Shown piece by piece: positions 1 through 14,045 of a stretch of 64,000 nt of DNA. The translations under genes and the position numbers were made by a program. The notes under the pieces are model-generated. The model worked only from the letters and a program-made list of their open reading frames with translations, had not been told where the DNA came from and did not search any database. The stretch is from Tubiluchus corallicola (Eukaryota > Animalia > Priapulida). Position 1 is the first letter of the stretch; each line of letters begins with the position of its first letter. The stretch lies in the NCBI GenBank assembly GCA_030141605.1, contig JAQGDQ010000776.1, forward strand, positions 33,670 to 97,669, in the 5' to 3' direction.

Positions 1-51
1 TGTAATGCAAGCATGGCCCTGTCTGCATAGTGCGTGTGTCATGCGTGACCA

Positions 52-177
52 CCCACACCATATTGTCCACACCTCAGTATGCTGCCAGAAACGCATAACC
101 ATCCACAGTCCACACCATATTGTCCACACCTCAGTATGCTGCCAGAAACGCATAACCATCCACAGTCCACACCATAT
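52..177. repeat. 57-bp tandem repeat, about 2.2 copies
   Basis: Unit ccacaccatattgtccacacctcagtatgctgccagaaacgcataaccatccacagt is repeated directly and explains ORFs 5..196 and 39..248. Confidence 0.85.
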
Positions 178-508
178 GACAACAACAACAGCCTAGTGAA
201 ACCTTTCGAAGACATTTTTAACATAGCCAAAACCGTGTAAAATTGCAAACACTGAGATCAATCCACTGTTCCTAAATAATGCATCACCATTCTCCATAGT
301 TTTTGCTTATTACTTCTGTACTCATGGTGGTCAGCTTACAGTGCTATACATCTTGCACCTTCTATGCAAGAGTTTCTTGAAAATGGAACCTGGAATTGTT
401 CACTTCTTATGAGTTTTGGCGGCATTGTCTATAGAAGAAAACTCACGCTGTCTTGTAACTCTGGTGTAAATGTCTAATATTTACTGTTAGTTTTGGTTTT
501 GTTTATAG

Positions 509-3500
509 TATAAGTAGTTTGCCTTGTGGCACAAAAACAACTGACATGGTAACATCAACAGCTACTTCTGAAATGAAACATTATGTTTCTGCGACAACAA
601 CATCAATAGATGATCCAACCGAAAAGCATGACAATGAACCTTATAGCTTTCATGTGATGGACAACAACACGGTGTTATCCACAGACTGTGGTAATGACGA
701 TCATAGTGACTCATTCATTAAATTTGAGGATTCTGGCTGTATGGTGAAAAACATCACATGCAACGACACTTTTCTTGTTAGTCATGGCAGAAGACATATC
801 ACTGTAAAGGATAACGACAATGGAAATAGCTGTTCCATTGTTAGTCTGGCAACCAATAAAAACTCGAGGCCTATGTGGACTCTGGATTCTACGACAAAGG
901 AGAGCAAAGTATCACCGTTCTCAGGACGAGATGACGAGATGAAACCAGAGAAGCGGAAACTTTATTTGTATATTCAGATGCAACTATGTCGCAGAGAGAG
1001 TTTAAAGGAGTGGCTGAACTTGCACACTTTCGACCGGAATTATAATGATTGCTTGTGGATATTTCGTCAGATAGTAGATGCTGTTATATATGTTCATGAG
1101 TGCGGACTCATGCACAGAGACCTTAAGGTAACTCTGATTTTCAAATTTGATTCCTAAAAATTGGTTGCAAAACTGTTTCTTTTCTATTTAGTCATGACAG
1201 TCTTTTTCTTCTTGTGTTTTTGTTTGTATCTGTATAAACTTGGTACGACAAAAATTTTTTTCAAGTGACCACTGCAATGGTTGTTATATGTACTTGTTTT
1301 CCATGTGTTTTTACCAATGTGTGTGTTATCTATTGTTTGCAGCATCTACTTTTATCTTCTTTTAAAATGGCAACATTTTTGATGTTATGAAATTTCTTTA
1401 TTTTTAAAATATGCCTGCTATTGTGTGCCTGGTGAATTTTCTGTTACATATGCCAGGTGCCCTCAGAAAATGATTTCACACTTCTAAGCTATGGTAAACA
1501 AGCATCCTCAGAGAATTTTTTCATACAAATCATCCACAAGTAAGGCCAATAGCCACATATTGTAGCTGCAGCAGAAAGGTAAATCTATGTACATGTGCAG
1601 AGAAACAGAATTCTTATGATTAATTTGTTAGTCATAGTACAGAGATCAACAACCCTTTGCCTCTGAAAGTCAGGATAGTGCCATGTTAATGGGCCAAAAA
1701 GTGCAGTAACGGCAAATTGGGTTTGCGTAAAAAAGGCAGATTACAACAAAACTACACAGAAATTGATTTTATTGCCAACTGGTTTCAAACACACTGTTCA
1801 TTGTGAAGGCATCTAAAACAAAGAAATTTGCTAGAATTTAGAAACAACATCGAAATGCAATTCAGTAGTTAGATAGCCAAAAGATATATGATAAACCATT
1901 CCATAGATAAATAGCAATCTGCCTTGCAGATTACATGTCTTGATTGGTATGAAACTATGCTACACTCCACAAACAAACAAACATGTTAGTAGTAACAGAA
2001 CAGATTGGTAATATTAGGGAGCTGCCATTTTGTTGCTGAATTCCACAAAACACAGTGCACTGTTGGTGTTGTACAAGCTGAAGTGCACTTCGGCAGTAAA
2101 GAGTGCACTTACTCATCTTTGCAGTTTAACTTAAGCCTAAAATGTTTTATCTGTTTCTAAATTCTGGTAAATTTCTTTGTTTTAGATGCCATGACAATGA
2201 ACATTGTGTTCGAAACAGGTCGGCAATAAATTCAGTTTTGGTGTAGTTACATCTATTTGCCAAATATGGATAATACATCAGAATTGCTTTATTTTAATGC
2301 AAAGTGTAGCAGGTATGAGTGTGAACAAGTAGGTTGCTGTCTATTCTTTGAAAGATTGTCAACATTAGATGTCAGAGTTGTCAAGTCTAAGAACAAGACA
2401 TTGTCCAGAAAATGAGATTAGAAAGTGCTAAGTGATTTTTAAGATGTCTTTGCTTGAATTTGTTCTTTAAGTTTCTTTTCTTTTAACATTTAAATTTATA
2501 AGTTGGATGTTTCTTATTTGATTGCTTCTAGCCATCCAACATATTCTTCTCGATGGATGGGTTAGTGAAAATCGGTGATTTTGGATTGGTGACAGCACTA
2601 GCAGAGCACCATGATAACGAACAGTATGATGGGACAAGCTTACATAAGCATACAGATAATGTAGGAACGCAGCTATATATGAGTCCAGAACTGGTACAGT
2701 TGTCTTCTTTTTATACTGGCTAACTACCCGAGAAGTAAGCTTGTCATTTCCTTGCTAAATGATCAATCGATATATTTGCTAACTAACTGGCGATAGTTTC
2801 AGTATGTTGCTAGCCAAATTTTGGATAACTTGTTCTGCTAGCTCAACTTTTTTATCTGGATCAAGTTATTCAGTTTATTTATTATGTTATCTGGCTGCAA
2901 TTCATGTATGTTAGTGGAATGTTGTCTGTACTGAAACATAGTTTGTTTTTTACACGAGCATCTTCTCTCTGAATCTAAACTGACATATATCAAAAAATAT
3001 TTAAACAATAATACTGTCAAGGATTTGTCCTTCATTTCAAATGTAACTTTTTTACATTTGAAATAAGGCCTGTGTATTACATACCTTGTGCAATAGATTG
3101 CACAGTGAGACAAATCCTGTCAATACCTGTAGCAATATAAACCTAATTCATCTAGTTGCACAGACACACTCAAAACCTTACTGCAGACTGCCTTCCCTGT
3201 ACACTGCCTTGTGCATTTTTAGACTAAAGTTAGAGAAATTAAATCAGCTAAAACTGGTTTACCTTGAGCAATTTAAGAGAAACCAGGGAGGTGCGAAAAA
3301 TGATTTCATTTTAGCACTACAATATCATGCTAGATTGTAAATGGAATTCAAGTTTATGAACTAGTTGACAATGTTTCTGACGTAGTCAGAAACCGAAGAT
3401 TTTGCAAGCAATAGTTACAGAATTGGACCTTGTAAAGATGCAAGCTTTTTGTTTGAAAATTATGATTTAGATTTTATTGAATTCGCATTGTTGCTGTAAC

Positions 3501-6437
3501 TTTTCAACCCATATACCGTGGTGTAACATTTGGTTTGTCTCATGGATACCTTTTGTGTGATGTACTACAAGCAAAGTTCGTTCGACACTGGAAGCATATT
3601 TGTCACCTCTACCCCGTTTTGTCCTAGTGGGGTAACAGTTTAACCAATCTCATTGTTACTTATACTATTCAATTTGCCTCATTGAGACATTTCAATAGAT
3701 ATACTGCAAGGTGCTATTACTTGATACTCAATGCTCTTCTGTTGCCGACCCCCATTTTTCGGTTTTTGCCCCCTAGCGGAAAATATTCCTACACGCGCAT
3801 GTCCCATATTTTGTGATGCGCAAGTGTTTGACCCTTGGGTGGAAAATCTTACAAATGTTCCAGGGACTAAAAGTCTGCCTCACAGTGATGGACCAAGCCA
3901 AGAGATTTATGTATTGAGATAGTTGCAGGGTGGGGGTGGGGGTTTGCAGCAAAGGGCCTAGAGGATTTGAAAATATGAACGTCTAAAATGTGAATTTTAT
4001 TAGAATTTTCATCACTTACATGTATTCCCATTGGTAATACAGCTGCAATCTTCAAACATTATTTTAGTCATTGTTACACTCATAGTATTAATTAGTAGTC
4101 TATGTACACACCATGACACATGGAATTAAGTGATTTAAACTGTGATGCTTTGCAAGATAATTTTGTCTTATGTTAGGTACTGTTCCAGAAAATTTCTTAG
4201 AACTATACTAAAAAAGGACTCATTGATTTGTTGTTTGGCTCACTGTTTATATCACTCTAACAGGACGCAACTTTCCCTGGAGAAGTTCCCTGTGTGAGCT
4301 TATATAAACGTATCCTGGAAAAGTGCGTGCATCTCCAGCGTAATATCTACAGATGGTACGCTTGTACAAAATGCTATAGCAAAATCTTAATTACCAGTTT
4401 AAAACTTGAACCCATGAGTCAGTTCAGAACACACACCAAGACCTTTGATTACCAATTCAATGACCATTGACCACATCTAAGAGGTGTAATGTAATGGCCA
4501 TTTGATTTGTAATTAAACATTTCCTGGTAAAAGCTTATGCTTGAGGACCTTTTTCATTTTCTTGCTTACTGTCAAGTTCAGCTTTAAAACTTTTTCATTG
4601 TGGGTTAATTTTGTGATGAATGAAAAATTAACATATTGCAATTAATCCATTATATAGGTTTGTGGTCAAGTATATTCACACAAAGTTGATATTTTTTCTT
4701 TGGGCCTCATATTTTTTGAGATGATGAATTCGTTCACTACACAGATGGAGCGAATACGGGTAATTTTTCTGCTATGATGAAATTGGTAACTTAAATAAAG
4801 TTTAATATTGTTTTTTCCACCATTCGTTTTTGCTAGATTATGGCATTGCAGTTGATGCTTTCCTACAAATTGCTGCTTATGTAACGTATTTTATTATTTA
4901 TTATTATTGTTTATTATTTTATATTAATTATATTAACATTAATTATATTTATATTATTTTATATTATTTTTTATATTTCAGGTTCTTTTGAATGCTAAAA
5001 AACAAGTTTTTCCTGAGAAATTTGAAACCGAACATCCTGCTGAGGTAATTAAAGTATTTTGAATTAATTTCATTTACAAGATAGACCCAGCAGAGGTTTT
5101 CTTGGAGGGCAGTTTTGATTGTTGATAAGTGTTGAGAGCTTCCCTAGATGAGTTAATTTGCCAGCATGTCTAAGTGCTACTTTCTGATATTTAGTTTTAT
5201 AGTTTTAAAGCAGTTAGCCTGAAATGAACACAAAGATGAAAAAATGTTGCTTATTGCACTAATATATGATGACAAAATATGTTATATGTCACATTATGTG
5301 TTAGTAGACAATGCCTAGATTTTATCTGGATATAAATAAAATTTTAGTTCATTTAGTCTAGCATTTTACATGTAACATTTTACATAACTAACTACTGTGT
5401 AGATAAATGGGAAAAACAGATATACGTTCTGTACCACATCATAGCTGTTTTCCAGGGGAAGTTCCCTGTGTGAGCTTATATAAACGTATCCCCTTCAAAA
5501 GTGCATGCATCTCCATCATAATATCTAATCTGATGGTACACTTGTTCCAACAATGCCAGATGTTTCGATATTGGGGATTTCGTGTTTGCAAACGTTTTTG
5601 CCAGAACAAAACCTGAAAATTAAGGAGTTTTGCTCCAGCGTTATTTTCTGGTTAATTGACTTCATCAGCCAGATCCATATCATCATGTGTCTGTACATTG
5701 AACTTGTCTTTTGGAGGGATGTGTTTAAGGGTCCAACATGCTGCTTGCCCAAAAAAAGAGAAAGAAATACAAGCAAATAACGGCAGTGTAAAAATGAGTT
5801 ACTGGAAATATTGTAAATAGCCTGCATTTTAACCTGTAAATACTAAAATTTTAACTGTATGTATTTAACTATTAACCCACTAAATAGAAACTAGAGGTCG
5901 ATCTCATTTCAGCACTGTAGCATTTCGCATATACAGATACTGTATATCTGAACTTATGTCAAAAGATTTGTCTTCAAAGTGGCTACACCTAATGGTCGTT
6001 GTGGTAGTTTAAATTTACAAGTTTTATACAGTGCTACTGCTGATGCAAGCTCTGTGTACAATAAAACAGCATGTAGGTGATCTTTTATTTATGAAGAGCC
6101 TTAACTACCTGTAGTTTGATTAATAACATGTTGCTATTTTCAGTGTGCATTTGTTAAGAAATTGCTCAGTGAATCGCCTGACCAACGTCCAAGTGCACAA
6201 CAGTTGCGAAATGATCCTCTGCTACTAATTACTGCCGATGTAAATAAGCTGACCAGACATCAATCTGAAGGGTCTTGGTTATTACATTCATCATCTAATG
6301 TACCAGAATCACAGCAACTACTGTCTTGGCTAGACTTGTCATTTAAACGTCCTAAGCAACCTTCCAACTGTACTTTTTCCCAGTCTTCTGATCCAGTGGA
6401 GTTAGAATTGAGGCCGCTCAATAAAATTTTTTCTTGA
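509..6437 (+). CDS. EIF2AK3: PERK-type eIF2-alpha kinase, 3' part (kinase insert and C-lobe), 5 exons; 5' exons lie outside the window
   Basis: GT-AG exons: ~509-1127 (...[19 protein letters not shown]...GLMHRDLK), 2532-2693 ([22 protein letters not shown]...[11 protein letters not shown]), 4658-4759 ([22 protein letters not shown]...TQMERIR), 4982-5044 ([21 protein letters not shown]), 6144-6437 ([18 protein letters not shown]..., stop). All four joins are phase 0 and the motifs follow the PERK kinase domain. AATAAA at 6903. The first acceptor position is approximate. Confidence 0.92.
4270..4368 (+). repeat. Dispersed intronic repeat, copy 1 (copy 2 at ~5448-5550)
   Basis: Shared core gaagttccctgtgtgagcttatataaacgtatcc...aaaagtgc.tgcatctcca..taatatcta...gatggtac.cttgt in two PERK introns. 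Confidence 0.6.
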
Positions 6438-7645
6438 CTGAAGAGATGGTGTCTATAATGTACAGCATGTATATTTTTATGTGATGATTCTGCATAAAAA
6501 CCTGTCTTTCATAAGAGTGTCCAAAACACTTGATACAAGCAAATAGTTTGCTACTAGCAAATGTATAATCTGAGAAACCTAGATAAGCATTTTTGTCAGG
6601 TGTATTGTGCAATTGAAAAATTCAATATCATATTCGGGTTTTTACTTTTAACATTGTGCATCGTTCTTAATTTACTGGCGCTAGGGTTGATCATACTTCT
6701 TTGTTTGTCATCTTAATTATTTTTCATTTTGTGCTTAGTGATAATGGCAATACAATTTTATGTTGTAATATTTAGTAGCTGAAATTGTAACTCGTTCAAA
6801 GCTTAGGAATCACCAGTACTGGCTAATGTAAATAAATAGACTAGAAGTCACTAGATTATGATCCTCGCTTGTAGCTTATAAACTATGTTTCCTGATACGT
6901 GTAATAAAGAGTAGTGAAATTAAAAATATTGCATATGTTCTAGTTTATCTTTTTTTTGTTTCGTATGGATGGAGCCAAATTGCTAAGCACACCATTTTGT
7001 TTAAGTAAACAAAAATAATGCTTTTGTTTCTATTTGTAATAAGTTATGCAATAAAAGTAATTGTCATTCATTTTATATCTCTTTATATTATATCAATACT
7101 TAGTGTTAACACTGCAATAATAAACTAGTAAATGAATTTGAATTTTTTGGCAGCCAGCTTACACACAGATAATTTATTGTACAATATTTGTGATTTAGGT
7201 ACTAACAATTCAGTCGTCGTAAAAACATTGTACTTTTGATGCTTGTTTGAATTATTTTTTAATAAAGAATTGGAGTAAATCGACGATTGTATGAATTTAG
7301 ACAAGCACAAGTAAGCTTAAAGCAACAAAAAGAACACTGTTAGTAGCTAACAATCATTACATATAAAGATCTATAGTAAGTACAGCACAAACGTTAATTT
7401 ACAATGCCATTAGAGTGCCCTGAGGCAAATTGTTTTTTTAAATTTTAAAAGACAAACAGATATTAATAAATAATGTCGCAGGCAAGCAGTAAGCAGATTA
7501 TTTTGACAGATTTTTTAAGACTGAAACTGACTAGTCCTACTGCTGGGATGATCGGGAAAGCAACATATATAGTAAGATCAGCATAGATTCAAAGTGCCAT
7601 GAATAGAGTTAAGGTTCATTATTACATATGTTTGTTGTTGTTAGT

Positions 7646-7963
7646 TGTAATGGCACGTGAAGGGTGTATAGCGGGATGCATAAACGAAGTGTGGACGAGC
7701 ATCAGTGGGGTAAATACGAATGGAGTTTATTGAAGTTTACATAACATCTCAGTTTATAAATTCAACGATAACGCAGCATATGTGAATTCACATAAGTGAG
7801 TAATAAGCCTTAGCATACAAGTTACGTATCTATAATATCTAAACTAGGTGGATATGAGATAAAACTCAGAACAGTAGGTTGCTTGCTGACATGCTTTTTA
7901 CTAACTAGATGACGTCATCGTCATGTGACAGTAAACTGACGATACTACTTTTCCTCCCACCCT
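7646..7963 (-). mobile_element. Possible 3' LTR plus polypurine tract of an older LTR element
   Basis: On the - strand a purine tract (aagggtgggaggaaaa, ~7949-7963) is followed by ~300 bp that starts gtagtatc, contains AATAAA and ends ...ccattaCA at 7646. No coding remnant seen. Confidence 0.35.
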
Positions 7964-8289
7964 TGATGAAAACTTTTCCATCACTCTATGAAATGAACTG
8001 TTCATCTTACCCAGATTCTAAATGCACAATGTTTCATAAGGATTTTGCAAACAATCTTAACTGCTTCAATCTTCAAACAAGCATTTACTTAAATATGTAC
8101 TTTCTGGAAGATATTTAGCCACATGCATTCACCAAAAGTGCTAAGAAATGTATGTATTTATCCATTTATGATATCTGGTGAATAAATTATGTTTATCAGC
8201 AATGGCTGCTTGTGCGTAGTTCACAATAAAATGTAGCGACTCTTGATGGGATAGTAATCGCTGTGTGAAGATTTTTAGTGAAAATTTAG

Positions 8290-9522
8290 ATGGCGAATGC
8301 ACAGATAATTGGGTCCGTCAGCGAGTTTAATTCCAGTACGGAAGATCGGTGTAATTACCAGTAACGGTTAGAAGCGTGGATGAGAGTGAATAATATTAAT
8401 GACCAACAGAAGGTAGATGTTTTCTTGTCATTAATTGGTCCGGAAGCGTTTAGCTTAGTGTCCTCTCTTGTAACGCCAGAACGGTGAATAAAAAACCTTA
8501 TGTGGAACTGACAAATAAATTATCGGATTATTATAAACCACGCCGTAATAAGATAGCCGAGAGACTAACTAGGTGAATCCATTGCGGAATATATTGTAGA
8601 GCTACAGAAATGCAGTAAATATTGCGAATTTTCAGCTCAAGAGCTGTCTGACAACTTGCGTGACACTTTTGTGTGTGGGCTTCGTACTGGATTCATACAA
8701 AAGAAATTATTGGAAAGCTCTGATTTAACGTGGAACACAGCTCGGGAGATAGCATTAAATATGGAGGCAGCTACACGAGATACAAGTACACTTTCTGGCA
8801 GCGGATATGGTTCATCCGAGGTAAACTACACTGGAAGAGGTAAAAATTTGAGAAAGAAATTGGTAAAACCTAGTTACCCGATGACTGTAAATAAACCGCA
8901 TGTTTCAAGTAAATGTGGTCGGTGTTTGGGTGCGCATGAGGCATGGAGATGTCAGTTTAGGAACGCCAAATGTTATAAATGTTCAAAAATTGGTCATATC
9001 GCAAAGGGATGTAGAAGTGGACGTGGACTACCGGGAAATACCAATAGTGTTAATCCAGACAGTGATTGTGCTGACGTGGTTCAAATTAGTTCCTTGTATA
9101 ATCTTGGTACAGCAAAAAGTGCTACTACAAATGAGTACCAAGTGAGTGTCATTGTGAACAGGAAGCGAGTTTTGTTTACAGTAGATACTGGAGCTATGGT
9201 ATCAGTTGTATCAGAAACTGAGTATCAGGAAAAATGTTCTATTCTGCCTTTGCAACACACTGATTTAAAACTTCGTAGTTACTGTGGTAATGAAGTACCG
9301 GTGTTAGGTCAAATACATGTTAGCGTGTGCTATGCAGGTCAGCAAGTGACCCTTCCACTTGTGGTTCAAGGTGATCGTGTTCCGTTATTGGGACGAAACT
9401 GGTTGAAGCATCTTAAGCTAAATTGGTCTGAAATTTTCAACGTATATAAGCCTACATGTGGTGCCACAGCTGATAGTGTGATGGAAGTCACACTGACACA
9501 AGTCAGTTTTTCAGTCATGTAG
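8290..9522 (+). pseudogene. gag and aspartic protease of the Mag element, disrupted
   Basis: ATG at 8290 (MANAQIIGSVSEFNSSTEDR...) is followed by an early stop. ORF 8656-9522 has twin Zn knuckles CGRCLGAHEAWRC (CX2CX3HX4C) and CYKCSKIGHIAKGC (CX2CX4HX4C), protease motif VDTGA, and LLGRNWL. Confidence 0.88.
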
Positions 9523-9539
9523 TAAACCGATTGAAAGCT

Positions 9540-12177
9540 ACAAAGCACACATTGAGCTTAAACAAGGTGCAAGACCTATATTTTGGAGATAGCGACCAGT
9601 ACCCTATGCTCTTAAGGATGCTGTGGATGAGGAGTTAACCCGGTTAGAAAACAATGGTATTATAAAGAAAGTGGAAAATAGAAATGGGCTGCTCCAATAG
9701 TGGTTGTCCCCAAAAAGAAAACTGGGAAGGTCAGGATTTGTGGTGATTATAAGGTCACAGTAAATCAAGTAGTGGAAGACGAACCGCATGATTTTCCGAC
9801 AACAGCTGATATGTTTGCGACCCTATCAGGTGGTAAAATTTTTACCAAGTTGGATTTAACAAATGCATATCAACAGCTAGAACTAGACGAAGAGTCTAAA
9901 GAATTACTGACTGTGAACACTCATCGAGGCCTTTACCAGTATCAACATCTTGCTTTTGGTGTGGAAACTGCGCCAGCAATTTTCCAGAAAATGATGGATA
10001 AAATTTTGTGTGGTGTTGAGCATACATGTTGTAAAATAGATGATATTTTAATTAGTGCACGTGATGATAATGTGCTTACTAGATTAGCTAACCATAATAT
10101 ACATCTAGGCAGAGATAAATGTTATGTAGGTGTTCAAAGTGTTGAATTTTTAGGTCATATGATTGAGCCAGCTGGAGTTAGACCTACCGAAGAAAAGGTA
10201 GAAGCCATTCTTAAAGCTAAAACTCCCAGAAATGTTTCTGAGCTTAGATCATTCTTAGGTATTGTAAATTACTACTCACATTTCTTGCCTGATTTATAAA
10301 CTACCTTTGCTTCTTTGTACCAGTTGTTGCAAAAAGGTGTTCCACGGAAATGGTCATCAGAGTGTGACAGTGCACAATGTAAAGTTAAACAGTGCTTAAC
10401 TAGTGATTCATTGTTAGTGCACTATGATTTAAAGAAGCCACTCACCTTGGCATGTGATGCTTCACCATTTGGTGTTGGTTGTGTCATATAGCACATCATG
10501 GAAAATGGCGAAGAACGTCCGATTGCTTATGCGTCTAGAACTTTGACAGCTGCAGAGAAGGGTTACAGTCAGATTGAAAAGGAGGCACTTGACATAGTGT
10601 ATGGTGTTCAAAAGTTTCACAAATATTTGTATGGGCAGCATTTTACATTGCATACCGATCATAAGCCTTTGACTGCCATCTTTGGGCCAAAAACAGCTGT
10701 GCCTACTCTTGCTACGTTAAGACTACAGCGTTGGTCTTTAATTCTTATGGGCTATGAATATGACATCCGTTACAGGAAGTCAAGTGACCATGAAAATGCT
10801 GATACATTGTCTAGGTTTCCATTATCTGGTTGTACTTTAGCAACTGAGTTGGATGTTAATTATTTTTCTTATGTAAATGATTTGCCAGTTACAGCAAAGA
10901 GTATCAGTGAAGAATCTCGTAAAGATCCTATTTTGTCTAGAGTATGGTATCATGTCATGAACGGTTGGCCTGCTCAGGTAGATCAAAATAGTCCTTTAAT
11001 GCCTTATTTTCTTAGATGCCATGAGTTGTCTAATGACAATGGTTGTCTTCTTTGGGGGCTACGTGTCATTATACCACCCCGTTTCCAGTCTCAACTACTT
11101 GACGAATTGCACCGTGAGCATTTTGAAATGGTGCATATGAAAGCTTTAGCTCGTTCTTATTTTTGTTATCCTGGCTTAGATGCTGATATCGAAAATTTAG
11201 TAAAAGGCTGTAGTGTATGCCTTAGTGTTAGAAATAATCCAGTGCGTGCACCAGTAATTCCTTGGAAATTTCCGTCTAAAGTGTGGGAGAGAGTGCACAT
11301 TGATTTCTTTGAGATTGATGGGAAGCATTTCCTTATCTTGGTTGATGCCTATTCTAAATGGTTAGAGATACAGTATATGCCATCTACAACTTCTACAAGA
11401 ACAATCGAAGTACTTGGTACTTGGTTTGCTTCTTTTGGGCTACCTGTTGAGTTAGTATCTGACAATGGGCCTCAACTGGTATCTGAACAGTTTGAGAACT
11501 TCTTGAGATCAAATGGTGTAAAACATGGTGCTGCTGAGTGTAATGTTCAAACTGCAAAATTAGCTTTAACTAAATACATGATGGAAGCTAAGAATATACC
11601 TTACATGACTATTTGTAAAATGCTGAATAACTTTTTACTTACTTATAGGAATACTCCACATAGTACAACTGGACGTAGTCCAGCAGAACTTATGTTGCAG
11701 AGAATGCCTAGAATTAGATTTAGTATGTTAAAACCAGGTTTAAGAGAGGAAGTGGTTAGTAAGCAGGAGAAAACAGTTGATCATGATAAAACTGTTTGTG
11801 AATTCTCTGTAGGTGAGACAGTTAGGGTGAGGAATCACCGTGGAGGTGTGCTTAAGTGGGACATTGGCAAAGTTGTAAAGAGAATTGGTGTTGTTAGGTA
11901 CAGAGTTAAGATTGGTTATCAGGTTAAGCATGTACATGTAAATCATATGCTGAAAAGTGGAGAATTTGTTAATGATGATGATTGTGTAAAATTGGATGGG
12001 TCTACAGATGATGTGATCAGAATTCCAGTTAGTCAGCCTGTGGCTGAATCTGAAACATTGCCTGTAAAAGATTCAAGTTCCATTGCTGAATCAGTTAAAA
12101 ATTATGATGGTGATTTACCGACTGTAGACAAACCTTCAATTTTTGAAAAAAAATCATCCAGTAACTGTATTGCTTAA
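9540..12177 (+). pseudogene. pol (RT, RNase H, integrase) of the Mag element, with frameshifts and stops
   Basis: RT motifs RICGDYKVTVN, KLDLTNAYQQ and KIDDILI (degenerate YxDD). RNase H motifs ACDASPFGVG and RPIAYASRTL...YSQIEKEAL. Integrase HHCC (LHREH...CSVC), HIDF and VSDNGPQ. Split across ORFs 9700-10299 and 10498-12177. Confidence 0.9.
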
Positions 12178-12824
12178 ACCACCCATAGAACCTGTTAGTC
12201 GATCCAGTAGAATCTGGAAGGCTCCTGATAGCTTGATTGAGTCTGTGTGATTTGTTTGCAAATTGGTACCTTAATTGAAATAATCTAGTACTGATTTTGA
12301 ATTTCTGTATTACTGCACATACAAATTGGTGTTTGTATTTTCACTGGCTAATTGTCATTATAGCTTATAATAGTTATTCTGATTGAAGATTTCTTTTGGT
12401 ATACTATACCTAATTAGAGTTATATTACACGTACTTAGGTCTACTTGTTGCTTACGTATTTTAGTTGTCGCAATTCATTATAGTTATGTTCAATTATTTT
12501 GATAATTCAGTACATGTTACTCTGGCTGTTTGATGGGTTTCCCCAAATTACTTAACTGCGTAAATTTAAATGGTTTGAGAGAGAATCAAACAAGTTAAAT
12601 AATACCTAATTCTGTGTAAGTTCACAGTGGTGTATTCATTATGCATTGAAGTTGCATTGCACATTTCAAAAACCATCTTTTGTTGATTTTTCCTAAATGT
12701 GTTAAGTTTATTTTGAAGCTAGTTTATATCTAGAGGGGAGGATTGTTATGTATTTATCCATTTGTGATGTCTGGTGAATAAATTATGTTTATCAGCAATG
12801 GCTGCTTGTGCGTAGTTCACAATA

Positions 12825-12960
12825 GTATGTATGTATGTATGTATGTTGTATGTATGTATGTATGTATGTATGTATGTATGTATGTATGTATGTATGTATG
12901 CATGCATGCATGTGTGTAATGTATGTATGTCTGTCTGTTGGTCTGTCTGTCTGTCTGTTT
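12825..12960. repeat. (GTAT)n/(GTCT)n microsatellite abutting the 3' LTR
   Basis: Visible tetranucleotide arrays. Confidence 0.9.
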
Positions 12961-13659
12961 ATATCTGACCGTTTGCGTTGAAATGATTTTTTGTGCTTGT
13001 GAAAGTTGAGAGTTGCTTCCGTCAAGACATACAGTAGACTAAGTTAATTTGCAATCGAATATGACTGTTTATTTTACAATACATTGTAAAGTCTTTCTTG
13101 TTCTTTACTTTACAAATTAAAAATACCAACAAATTGTTAACATAATTTTAACAATTCTACATAATTAAAGTAAACAAAATAAATAACTTAACTTGTGAGG
13201 TGTGTGCTGTACTTTGTATAACAATTAAGATTACTTACAATAATTATTAGTATACGTTCTTATTGTAGTAACTGCTCTGTTTAACAATAATACGACGTAC
13301 TTTAGCAATTACTTACTATTATTGGTATTCTTTATTGCTAAAATGTTACATACAATGTAAACGTGAAATTAAAATTATATTTACATTAAAATTTGTATGT
13401 AACCAGTTTAGAAAAAGCAAACGTGTCATTATTATAGGCCTACACAACCAAACTAATATACATGTAAAAACTAAATTATATACAAATATTTAGAAAATTA
13501 TAAAATTTATGCAAAGTTCACTATGCAAAAACATTAAGAGCTAAATTAAATATATATAAACATGATTACAAGCAGTTGAAAAATTTTGGAACATCGAATA
13601 TTGCTCTTTGTTTTTTGTAAATATCAGTTACTACAGTAACCGTTAATTGTAGGATCGTT

Positions 13660-14045
13660 ACGACGTCACTCATTGCCATTATTACGTCACCTAATGCCAT
13701 AGCTACGTCACTCAATACTATTACTACGTCACTCATTGCCATTAATACGTCACTCATTGTCATTATTACGTCACTCATTGTCATTACTACGTCACTCAAT
13801 ACCATTACTACGTCACTCATTGCCATTGCTACGTCACTCTATACCATTATTACTTCACTCAATGCCATTACTACGTCACTCAATACCATTACTACGTCAC
13901 TCAATGACATTACTACATCACTCTTTTCCATTGCTACGTCACCCAATGCGATTATTACGTCACCCAATGCCATTGCTACGTCACTCAATACCGTTATTGC
14001 GTCACTTAATGCCATTATTATGTCACTCATTATTACGTCACTCGT
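13660..14045. repeat. 21-bp minisatellite (ccattactacgtcactcaatg), about 18 copies
   Basis: Heptad-periodic translations on both strands (LLRHSIP / MALSDVV). Confidence 0.9.

Larger units (their letters stand above)
8149..12824 (+). mobile_element. Ty3/gypsy LTR retrotransposon, Mag clade, full length but decayed
   Basis: Direct ~80-bp LTRs at 8149-8228 and 12744-12824 differ by 2 substitutions and 1 indel. PBS-like tagcgactcttgatggga at 8234-8251 is close to the complement of the tRNA-Arg(UCU) 3' end. PPT tagaggggagga at 12731-12742. Domain order is gag-PR-RT-RH-IN. Confidence 0.92.
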
